A DNA stretch of 64,000 nucleotides from Camelus ferus (lineage: Eukaryota), in contig NC_045696.1 in the NCBI RefSeq assembly GCF_009834535.1, forward strand, positions 79,734,001 through 79,798,000, read 5' to 3'. A model generated the notes under the pieces. That model made no database searches. It saw only the letters and a list, made by a program, of their open reading frames with translations, and was not told the origin of the DNA. Made by a program: the position numbers and the translations under genes. Below, piece by piece: positions 25,873-36,400 of this stretch (positions are counted from its first letter, which is position 1; each line of letters opens with the position of its first letter).

Positions 25873-27185
25873 TATTCCAATCAATCTGAACTCCTTGAAA
25901 TGCCCTGCCAATGTCATGTTCTCTTTCCTCTCACGTCTTTGCACATCTCCATACCTCTGTCTAGAATGCCTGTATCTCCCCACTCAGCCTGCCCTCTTCC
26001 TCTGTGTAATTCCTCCTCCTATTTCCCCAGTGTTTCTTTGGAGGTTGTCACTTTCTCCTTCACTCCCTGCCATAGGTTAGTTGCAGTGACCCCTCAGTAC
26101 CCTGTGCTAGAGTCCTTTATTAACATGTATACTGCATCATGATTTTCTGTTAAATCATTTTTTTCTCCAACTACCATTGTGGCAAGGCTGGAATAACTGC
26201 TATGTAAACAGTTTTGAATGAATGAAAAATTAAGACACCTCACAACAGACATCTGCTGTACATACCTTATACGTGATAAATTTCCCAAAGAAATGTGGAA
26301 GAGAAGGCAAAATGTGTGTCCCACTTAGATGTATAAGTAAATCCATTTTAAAACAGAGAATCGAAACATAGGATAATCTCTCAGCATGAGAGGCAGACAG
26401 AGTCTATACGAAACCTAGAAGTGGTTTAAGACCACTGAACTCAGGGAGGTCAGGAGCTGGGCGTCTCTTGTTTGCCATCAGTATTAAGGCCTACCAACCA
26501 GTGGGCTGAAGAGAAAAACGTCAGCAGTCACAACATACTAACGTGTGTCTCATGCCATCTAGTTCACAGACTCCAGATACTAACTAAACAATAGGTTAAT
26601 AAAAGAGAGCAATACAACAATCTTCTGCACAAATGCATGACCCTCATTTTTTGCAAGCAGCTAAAAGACTGAAAAAATACTGACATAGCATGTTAATTAA
26701 ATGTTACCCTTATTTAACACTTACTAAAACTTCAAAATTCTTCTAAATTTTCTTTCTCCATTTCAATATACAGACTACAAAGTTACTTAACTCAATTCCT
26801 AAGCCAGACACGATTTTAGTATTTTCTGCTTTCGGTAAAAAGTCTAATAGCTTTTCTTTCATCTCTCTCTTCTTCCAGTCACAGACCTCTCCTACCTATA
26901 ACTCCATGTAGAGTCTTTAAGTCTATTCAGAGATTAGCCTGGTAACTTCTTATGTCAGTACTAAAATGTCACATAGCTTTTTTTTTTTTCTTTTTTAATA
27001 GAAGTGGTATTACAACCTGGGCAAAAAAAGAAAAAAAAATGACACCTTTCCCACCCCATGCTGCATATGTATCAAACAACTACCTGGATTCTGTTTTCAT
27101 CAACTAATGTTCTATCTTTTGCTACAACGCCCTACTTTTCCAGGTTAACTTGTTGAGACAGAAGAAGTTGTTATTTACTGTTATA

Positions 27186-27370
27186 TGGAGCTGCCAGACA
27201 AAATATAGGACACAAAGTTAAATTTGAATTTCAGATAAACAATGAATAATTTTAAGTGTAATGTCCCATGCAATATTTGTAATATATTTATACTAAAATA
27301 TTCATTAATCGATAAAATTCAAATTTTACTGGGCATCCTCTAATTTTATTTGCTAAATCTGGTAATCCTA
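27186..27370. mobile_element. MER53 palindromic hAT-type MITE
   Basis: ctgccagacaaaatataggacac...gttaaatttgaatttcagataaacaa ... aaattcaaattttactgggcatcct...tttgctaaatctggtaatccta matches MER53 as recalled. Confidence 0.85.
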
Positions 27371-27517
27371 GCTGTGAGGGCTGAAGCCAAGAAGAGATCA
27401 TCTCAAAAAACCACTCCTATTTCCCAGCCAGCCACATCCCACCCAGCCTTACCACCATTTCATCTCCTCACCTAAACAGCCTCATCATGAAAATTACAAT
27501 TCAAAGATAAGGCAGGA

Positions 27518-27566
27518 ATTGACACACTATAAACTGACTATACTTCAGTTGAAAAAAAAAAAAAAG
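27518..27566 (+). mobile_element. Extremely 5'-truncated L1 insertion (~34 nt of 3' tip + poly-A)
   Basis: attgacacactataaactgactatacttca matches the L1 3' tips near 16533-16566 and 61829-61857. It has an A14 tail and TSD TAAGGCAGGA (27508-27517, 27567-27576). Confidence 0.85.
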
Positions 27567-28851
27567 TAAGGCAGGAGAGGGCTTAGCTATACAGGACCAA
27601 GTCCAAGCCCAGCCTCCTCATTTTCCATTGAGGAAACAGAGATTCAGTGTTCAGTGGTTTGAACAGACACACACAGTAATGAGATAGAAGAGCTGGAAAG
27701 GGATCCCAGTTTTGTTGTTGTTGTTGTTATTGTTGTTAGCAACAAGCCTTGTATTCTAAAAGTCTCAGACAGTTTAAAAGAAAAAACAAACCAAAACAAA
27801 ACAAAAGCAGTCATTTTCTTCAGGATGTCACTAACAAAGATAGCTAAGCTTGGCTGGGTGGGAGATGGTTATTAATTCTCTCTCAGAAAGTCTAGAGGTC
27901 ACATCAATATCCACTTAATTGGACCGTATGCAATATAACGCTAAGGTAACCAATGGCTATAGCAGGGGTAAGGGTTTGAAGGTGCAGAAAGAGGACACAG
28001 AAAAGAGGGTCAGCAGCTAGAGGTGTCCACACGTCCTCGGAAGCAGAGAAGCACCTGCAGACCCTGACGGTCTCTCCTCGGGCCTGTACAAGGGCCCTTA
28101 TAGATCAGTGATGGCTGCTGTGGGGCAGGTGGTACTTATCAATGTAAAGGCACATCAGAAAACAACCAGCATAAAATGATACATGTACATCTGAATGCAC
28201 TCAACACATTTATGCTTGAAGACACATGCCTTTGTGGGGGCTAAGTGTGGGCCTATTTTTTCCCATGAACTCTCACTCCACTCCCCCACAGATAAAACAT
28301 CCATCTCTATGACATCTGTTATGTTCTCCTGAGGTCTAATATACTTTTAATATTGTAATATCTCAGCCATATGATTCTCAATATCACACTCCTTTGCCCC
28401 CAGGCTCCTGAAGGATGCAGTCATCAAAGAAATCAATGGAAATAATCATCCGAGCAGAGAAAGGCTTCATCACACATGAAGCTCAGAACCTGTTGGCTGT
28501 CTGTCCTGCCAGTGAGCTGAAAACAGGCAGCTTTCCTTAATCAGGAATTTAGCAGGGAGCCATGTGCCTTGGAACAAGAAGGAATGACAGGTTTACACTG
28601 TGCTGGTGCTGGAGTGATGTGGTGTAGACAGGAACAAGAGAAAAGCGGCACGCATAATCAGAGCGACCCTGTGACTATGTGGACCACGCAAAGAAAATGG
28701 CTTGGAACTAACCAGCCAAGCCAAAAGAAGATCCTGTCTACTGATAAATGTAATTCATAACAATTAAAGAAAGACAGAGAGAAATGGATCAGGGGCAAAA
28801 GCCATAGAGACATGTGGGACTGAAACTCAGACGGTGTTTGTAGAGACAGAC

Positions 28852-29054
28852 GTATACGGTGTGCTGGAGCCAGGTCTGGCCGGCTTCCGGGAGCCAGCTG
28901 TGTAGCTCTCTCCCCAATGCCATGTGCGATGGCCTCATGTTGGTAGCTTGAAAGTGGCCATGGCAGGAATATTTATACATGGAAATGGACAAACGCTACT
29001 AACCAGTGTTTGTTTGTTTGTTCTCCTGAGAGCCAGTTTGCAAGCACAGCACTG
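28852..29054 (+). mobile_element. MER63-like hAT-Blackjack DNA transposon
   Basis: ggtgtgctggagcc...gttggtagcttgaaagtggccatgg...caaacgctac...gagagccag...agcacagcactg. Confidence 0.8.
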
Positions 29055-30089
29055 CCTGCTCTCTAAAACCCAGCAGAGGAGACATAACGGGGGCAGTATA
29101 GGACCGACAGACCCAGGATGCCTTCAAAGAAGATGGCCTGGGGCCAGAGGATGTGCTCATTGAAGCAGAAGAGACAGATTCAGAAGTGGAATTGGAAAGA
29201 GGAGCCTGGTATAATTTCCCCAGATATAGAAGCCCTACCTATCCAAATCTAATTCAGAATAGAAATCTAAGACATTTATCTCAATTATGTTGAAGCAGAG
29301 AAAAGAGAACATGTGACTCTTAAATATATTTAGAAAGCAATGCTCTGTAAACATGTACACTTTTATTTTTATTTTGTTTGTCCCCTGAATTTTCTTTTTA
29401 AAATAATTGAAATCTTGTGTTTGCTGCTCTAAAGAGTACTATTTCTAAACCTTAGTCGTGATAATCCCAATGATGTTGCTAGAGCTGGGGCAGGAAGTGG
29501 GACAGAGATCCCAGAAGACAAGAAGGATGTAAAGGTAAACTTCACCCACTTCCAAACAGAAACTAATAGCTATTTGACAAGCAGAGCTGTACCTGGAATT
29601 TGCAAAGCTGCCTTCAGAGGGTCCACAGGACACCCACACAGCAGTAAAGGCCCCAGATGGAATAACAAGGTATCAACCTGCATCCCCAGAGGTAGCCCCT
29701 AAATTTATTCAATAATATCAAAACTGTCGGTCAATTTGCTTTTCCTGCAACTTCAAGACAAGGACAAACCTTATATAATCTGTGTTTGCATGGACAAGTA
29801 GAAAATTGCTCTTACACTTAAGCAGGAGGTAACTGGCTAAGCCTACTCCAAAGAACAGGAAAGAAATACATTTCATGGATTTTCTGTACCAAAAGTTTTG
29901 GCAATTCTGATAAAGAATTTTAAAAACAACTCTGATTATAAATTGCCTAGTAAGTACAAGGGAGAGCATCTATCTCTTTGTTTTGATAAGAAGTTATTTT
30001 ATTTACTATTGCAAACATAATGGTCATTTTATACAGGAAACATAAAAGAATGACTAGGGATAATACCAAAAATAAATATATGGTATACT

Positions 30090-30110
30090 TGTGTGTGTGT
30101 GTGTGTGTGT
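30090..30110. repeat. (TG)n microsatellite
   Basis: Seen directly. Confidence 0.9.
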
Positions 30111-31087
30111 TGGCTTTCCTACTTTGAGCTCATGTGAAAACCTTCTTGATGTTTCTTTTTAAAAATTCATTCTTATATCACAATTCAAGAAAATCTTCCT
30201 TTTAAAATTATATACATAGTTTTAGAACAGAAAAATTATCTTAGTTATCAATCAATTAACTTAAAGCCGAAATACTACAAAGGAGGAAACTCAGAGGATT
30301 TGCTAGTGGAAAAGCTCAAGTCCAATCTTCTGGTCTGAATCCAGTGTTCTTTCTAGGACTATGATACACTGTTCCCGTGAAAAGAATTTACTTAATAACT
30401 ATTGACTGAGGGGTATAAAATATTAAACCATGTGGTATATTTAACAATTCAGGTGGAGTGAGGGCCAAGCAGGTTAACCAAAAGCAAAATACCATGAAGC
30501 CTGGATCCTGACTCCTATCTTCAGCAACATAAGAGAGCCTCAAATGGTGGCTTCAGTTAGGGCCGTCTGCAGTTTCCAATCCTTCCTCCTAACTTCATGC
30601 TCAGCGACTTAGATCAAGTAACCGCAGTGGGTAATCACAAGACAAGATGGTCTCTAAGATGGCTTCCACTGTAAAAGGCTCATTGCCAAGGGCATGGTCA
30701 CTTTTACCCATATGAGTACCCTCCTATTCACCAGCTCACCAGGTAACTGCTGTTACAGAATCTGTATTGTGTTTGCCTGGTATTTGTAGGAACATGTCCT
30801 ACTCTCTTTTGACGCATAAGAAGACTTTATACACACCCACAGAGAGTGTTTTAACTATATTTCTACAGTGATAACCTTTGTTTAAATGTTTGCCCTTAGT
30901 ATGATTTTATGTTTTCCAGAACAATAAATGACCCTTGATACATCAAATTTTCATATCAATTGTTTTGATAACTAAAAGCAAATTTCAGAATGAAATGTCT
31001 AATCCAACATCACTTATTCTATTTCTAGTTTACACTGATCTGTGCTTGAAAAACACTTGTGATTATAAATATTAGACAAATATTGAG

Positions 31088-31220
31088 AAGTTGCTGCGTA
31101 CAGTGATGCAGGTGTGGCTCTGCAGAATTCCAAGGGATGCCATTCAAGTCATAATGGATGTGGATGGTGCCTCTGGAGCTGTGCCATGTGCAGCCTGCGT
31201 GGCCATGTATGGTGGCATCA
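31088..31220. mobile_element. MER91-like palindromic hAT-Tip100 MITE
   Basis: tacagtgatgcagg...ttccaagggatgccattca...tggatggtgcctctggagctgtgc...cctgc, an imperfect palindrome. Confidence 0.65.
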
Positions 31221-31739
31221 TTCCTTGATGGCACATCTCCCTGTAATTATGGGGTATAAGAGGCAATCTCATGTGGTTTGCATTCTATAGCAACTACTTA
31301 CTCCTTTGTAAACTCTTTCCCTGAGTATCAAATACACAGATACCACACATAACAGAAACTCAACTACTTGATCTGTGATGACAGAGGAAGAATTTTCAGC
31401 TCAAGACTGTCAAAAGTAAAGATCTAAGTGGGAAGATACAAGTTCAAAGGCCCATTCAGCAACCTGAACAAGTCACGTATGGACTTAGCCTCATTTTCTT
31501 CAGCTATAATGTGACAGTAGTGAAACCTTATTTACCTCACTTAGTTACTGCAGTGAGATAGTGAAATTGAAATTATTCATCACAATCTGGCCATCTGGGG
31601 GGGGGGCAGGGGATTCAACAGATATTAAAGAACTCTGAAGGAATTTCTGTCATATTTCTGAGAGTTAGCCCAATCATTGACTTAAGGACCACAATTCATT
31701 AATGTTAACCTAAGGGACTCAAGCACAACAGGCTTGAGA

Positions 31740-32958
31740 GATCTGTGTCAAAATTTGAGGAGACTAGGGGGGAAATGTATGAATAAACCATATATAAAAC
31801 TGTATAAATAAATGCATAAGCTAGTAATAAACATGTATAATCAACCTCACCTATAATCAAAGGAGTGCAAATGTAGGAGACATATATAACATCAAGGAGA
31901 AAATATTTCTCAGCTATCAAATTAACAGATAAAAAAATTAACCTTGGGGAAGTTGAAATGAGACACCATCACATACCACTAGCAGGACTATAAATTGGCA
32001 TCATTTTTTAGTAAAGCAAAATGACAGCAGGACACCAGACCATTAAAAAGTTAGTGCTCTTTGACATAGGAATTCCATTTACAGGAATAACTTTACAGAA
32101 ATAGCTCAGAGGTGTACACAAAAAGACATGGAAGTGAATACATATGCTTAGGAGAAACTGTCCCCCCTAATAAAAACTATACCTCCAATTAAATCATGGT
32201 ACATCCATTCACTAGAACATAATGCAAAACTAATTTTTCGTTTAGTACAATGTCAAATGGCATGCAAAATGACTCTAGACAGTGTTGAGTAAAGAGGGCC
32301 AAACGTAGACTTGCAATTTACATAGTCATCATGCTGAGTGTACTTTATAAAAGATAACTATAATCAATGGCAGAATAGAGCAGTAAAACAATGACTAGAT
32401 TAGTTTTATAAAGTTCAAAAACAGGCAAAACTAAACTATGGTGTTAGAAGCCAAGATGGTCATTACCTGTGGGGAGTAGAAAAGGCATAGTGATTAGGAG
32501 CGTCTTCTGACGTGCCAAGAATGCTTTAATTCTTTTATTTGGGTGGCAGTTACCCTAGCCAGTTCACTTTATAATAATTTACTGAACACACTTGTAGTTG
32601 GGGAATCACTTTTCTGTACATGTATGATATTTTTTTTAAAAAAGATACATTCATCATTCGCTAAACTATAAAGAAAAGCAAGGGGGCTTTTGTTGTACAA
32701 TCCATAATAGTGCTGAAGAGAAAGCTTCAGTCCTTAGGGGTACCTAGGTTCCTTCAAATGTATTGATAATGTTCTACTAAAATGTGTGGAAGGTACATGA
32801 CTACTTTTTAAAAAATATATTTACTTTTTCATATACACAATAGAACTTTAACTCATACATATGTATATTTCAGAGTAAAAAAATTAAGTATTTTTCTTTA
32901 AAAAAGAAAAGCTTGAAAAACCTTATAAACTGTATTTATGGATACCCTACCTGTGTCC

Positions 32959-33012
<54 letters not shown>

Positions 33013-33205
33013 TAGAGAGGAAGCACGATATATTTTTTTTTATCTATTCATGGTAAAGAGATTGCAAAGATATACATTTAAAAGGTCCTAGTGTTTCATA
33101 TAAGACTACAGGTAATTTTTACTTTATGTACATCTTTTTGCATTTTCCCAAATATTTTTAATGATCATATTACTTTTAGAATCCTAAAGAAAAAATATAA
33201 ACATT
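31740..33205 (+). mobile_element. Fragments of old L1ME-type 3' ends directly upstream of the SPATA16 promoter
   Basis: aaagttcaaaaacaggcaaaactaaactatggtgttagaag, tggtacatccattc, ggaattccatttacaggaat. Confidence 0.6.
32960..33005. repeat. (TG)23 perfect microsatellite
   Basis: Seen directly. Confidence 0.97.
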
Positions 33206-33239
33206 TTTTACGATTGAAAAAAAAAACCCTCAGGTGCCT

Positions 33240-33480
33240 TGCAGGTAGGTGTCCCAGGCAGGGCTCGTAGGTGGGGCCGCGCGCGAAGGGGCGGGGCGCA
33301 GTCACGTGGACAGTAACGTTTCAAATCTGGGCGTCCCCGCGAGCACAGAGACCAAAGTGGCCTCGGACTGGGACGTTTGGATCTGGGCGTGGTCAGATGC
33401 GGCAGCTCGGAGAAGTCCAAAGCTTCGCCCTGCCCCCTCCGGGCTGAGCCACAACTGCGCAGGTAGGAGGCGATTCATGT
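33240..33480 (+). promoter_or_regulatory. Small CpG-island-like promoter of SPATA16
   Basis: Local CpG/GC enrichment (CCGCGCGCG) against an AT-rich background. GC box GGGGCGGGGC at 33288-33297, E-box GTCACGTG at 33301-33308, TTTCAAA at 33319-33325. No TATA box seen. Confidence 0.75.
33320..33462 (+). other. SPATA16: Predicted non-coding exon 1 (5'UTR) of SPATA16; start approximate
   Basis: The only clearly CpG-rich patch in the window, ending in the donor CAG|GTAGGA at 33462/33463. Exon 2 begins with an acceptor 19 nt before the ATG, so an upstream exon is required. The ~23 kb spacing fits my recollection of mammalian SPATA16. Confidence 0.7.
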
Positions 33481-36400
33481 CTGCTCAGTTACATCTTTCC
33501 AACTTCCCTGTCTGGGTGAGAAGGAAGGGGGCTGGCCTTCAGGAGGAAGCTCGAGAAAGTTGGGGAAGACAGGAGTTCCTTTCTTCCTTCTCGCCCGAGG
33601 AACAAGGAACGTTGCCTATAGTTAACCCTAATAAGTAGCCAAGAAATCACTTCCTGCAGGCAGTTGGAAGCCAAGGAGTACCAAATTGGTTCCCTGTCCC
33701 TCACGCAGCACACACTATCCCATCCCCACTCTGATGACAAAGGAAAGGCCAAGATCCTATTCGGTTTCCGAGTAACAGACTTTGAATTTTTGTTTTGTTC
33801 TAACTTGTATTCCTTAATAAAGTCTATACTATGAGGACACTACCTTGTGTCAAGCAAAAGGTGATCACTATTGCAGAGGCCAGATTGTATTTATCATTTG
33901 CTATGTAGGCTGTGTCTCCCTAACTCATGGTATCGCTGTGTCTGTACCTCATAATATTGCTGAGGCCTGAAGATGTCCAGTGTAACTGAGAATGGTTTTA
34001 GGTAGAAAGTCCATCTGAGCTCTCTCTAAGACACAGACCAAGTCTTCATCTGGGTACTCTAACATCCTACCTGGCATAAGATGTGTGCTCTGAGATGTCT
34101 GATGTACGAATGAGTGAATGAACGGTTGAATGAATGAATGTCTTGTACAAGAAGCCTGCCATTCAAAGGAGATTCAGCACGAGCAATGAAAAATAGCTGT
34201 CAAGCTTGTTTAAAATTTGCTTTTCACATTGTTTGTCTATAAAATTTTTATAGGTATCAGTAAGAGTCTCTGAGTTTGGAACAACAACAAAATATTTCCC
34301 ATTTTTAGTAAGCCACTAGCTTGAAATAAATGCATAAAAACGTTATTTGTAATGATAAATATTGTTGTTTAATCCTTATGATTAAATGTAGTGTGCTAAT
34401 AATGTTGTTACACATATCAAAGGGCTCTGGATCTTTTCATTTTCACCAGTAAGACCTTGGATGCTGTAAAGATGCTTTCTTTTAGTTATTATTGCAGGCT
34501 GGATGGACTGTTTCCCTCCAAATGGAAGAAAATTTTTAGGAAAAAAAATATTGGAAAAATACTGGGAAAATAATAAGAAAGAGAAAGAGAAGAGAAAAAA
34601 AGGATGCACTGGAAGCAAGAGATAGGCCAGAATCCTTCAACCCTAACTCTGCACACATTTTTCTTCATTGTCTTCATTTGAATAAGGAATGAAATATTGA
34701 TTCTGATTTGACAGAAAGGGATACAACCAGAGGCAAGACTGCGTAATATAGGATTTCAGAGAGGTTTTAATTTTTATGCCTCTTTTTCAAGTGTATAGAA
34801 CCAACCTAAACTGGTGAGTTGTCATGGTGTGTAATACAAGCACATAATCAAGATAGAAATGTGATGTTTTTTGTTCCCAAAGTGGACTTTTCATTGAAGT
34901 ACCTGTCCAACCCTGTTCAATCTGTTACTCTTCAGTGTTATTATAACCAAATAGCTAAAGCTTTCAATCTGGTCATTTTCAAAGATATTTCCAAAGAGAA
35001 ATGATTTTAGAGGCTATTCAGGAAAAATACCTTCTTTTTTTTCTTTGTCACAGTTCAGAATGGAAAATAACTACTTGTAACAGAGTCTGCCCTAAATTCA
35101 TAAAGTTCATATTCTGAGCAGTGAAACCAGTACACTGGAAATTAATTACAACTTATACAACTTACAAAACAACAAATGAACATGAATGATCATCATGATA
35201 TATAAGACCTTAAAATAATCCCCAGGCATAAACCCACCTGCAGGAGAATTTTTTCTAATTAAGACAGACAATGACTAAAGCCACATCTCTGTAGAATTTG
35301 ACTGAAATTTCTTTTGTTTTTTTTTTTTCCTTTTGTGTGACACTAGGAGAACAGGTATCCAAACAATGGTAGGCTATTGTAACGAAAGCCACACAAATAC
35401 CGTATGCTCAAGGGTATTTGAATCCTTTTACACCAGGGAGTCCAGATTACTGTCTCTCAACTGGTGTAAAATATACTGTCATCTTCCTGAAAGGTAACAT
35501 TCAAGTTGTAACATTTTGCACCCGTGAAGAACCTTGTTGAATTTTTTCAGGGATGTTAATAAAATAAAATATTACAACAGTCTAGTTTAAAGATCAGTGA
35601 AGTAGAGACCATAACTTATCATAGCTCTGGCTAAATTTCAAAATATACATGATGAATGAGTATGAGTGAGGGGTCCACTAGAAAGAACATTTTCCTGATT
35701 GTCTAATTTTTAAAAATCGCTGAGCAATAATAACAATAATAAAAAATTACAATAATAGTATAATAGTTGACATTTTTCAAGCACTTACAATTACCAGGCA
35801 ACTTTCTTCTATTATTCTTCTCAACAACTACATGAGGGAAATATTATCATAACCTCATTTTGTAAGTAAGAAAATAGAACACAATGGCCACGACTGATAT
35901 TAACATCATTCCAAATTCACCATGTGATGGGAAAAATGGCTGCAAAATAAGTGTGCAAAGATTCAGTTTTATCTCTACATTTTAGAAAGCCTTAAGGGGT
36001 AGATTTACTTATGTATTTATATAATGTTATATATACATCTGTATACTCCTAAGTATGTCTATTATGAAATGTTAGTGATTCATGCATTTGAACCACTAAT
36101 ATTTCACAGATTTTAGGCAACTTTGAAAGGTAACAGAGCTGATCTGACACAGGATAAGCATTAGAATGTGTCCCTTTAACTTTAATAAGTAGATGCTAAA
36201 GCTGAAGTCACATTACAATCTAGAACTGAATGATAAGTAGAAAACTGATACGGTTTTAAGTAGATCATTTAAAAGGAAATATTCCAGGAAGACTAGTATT
36301 ATGATCACTAAATACAAATAGAAATTACCAGTAGAAATCAGAGCTCTTGGTTTCAATTATTTTCATAGATGAATTACTTGTTCTATCTGGCTATTTACTT

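Larger units (their letters stand above)
23480..26226 (+). mobile_element. Long degenerate L2 LINE fragment, interrupted by an inverted duplicate (24855-25157) and a solo LTR (25405-25872)
   Basis: Pyrimidine-rich L2 motifs (ccaccaatgatctc, tgctgataacttccag, ccagccttctctgctgaaactcagac, cacactgcagccagaggga) ending in ttttgaatgaatgaa. Confidence 0.7.

Noticed and set aside
33261..33297. G-quadruplex at the promoter
   Set aside because: Four G-runs exist, but two loops are 9-11 nt, so it is a weak candidate already explained by the GC box.
33208..33752. ORFs over the promoter (129 aa on +; 70 and 87 aa on -)
   Set aside because: GC-rich sequence lacks stop codons by composition. The + ORF starts at GTG and crosses the exon-1 donor, and no protein is recognisable.
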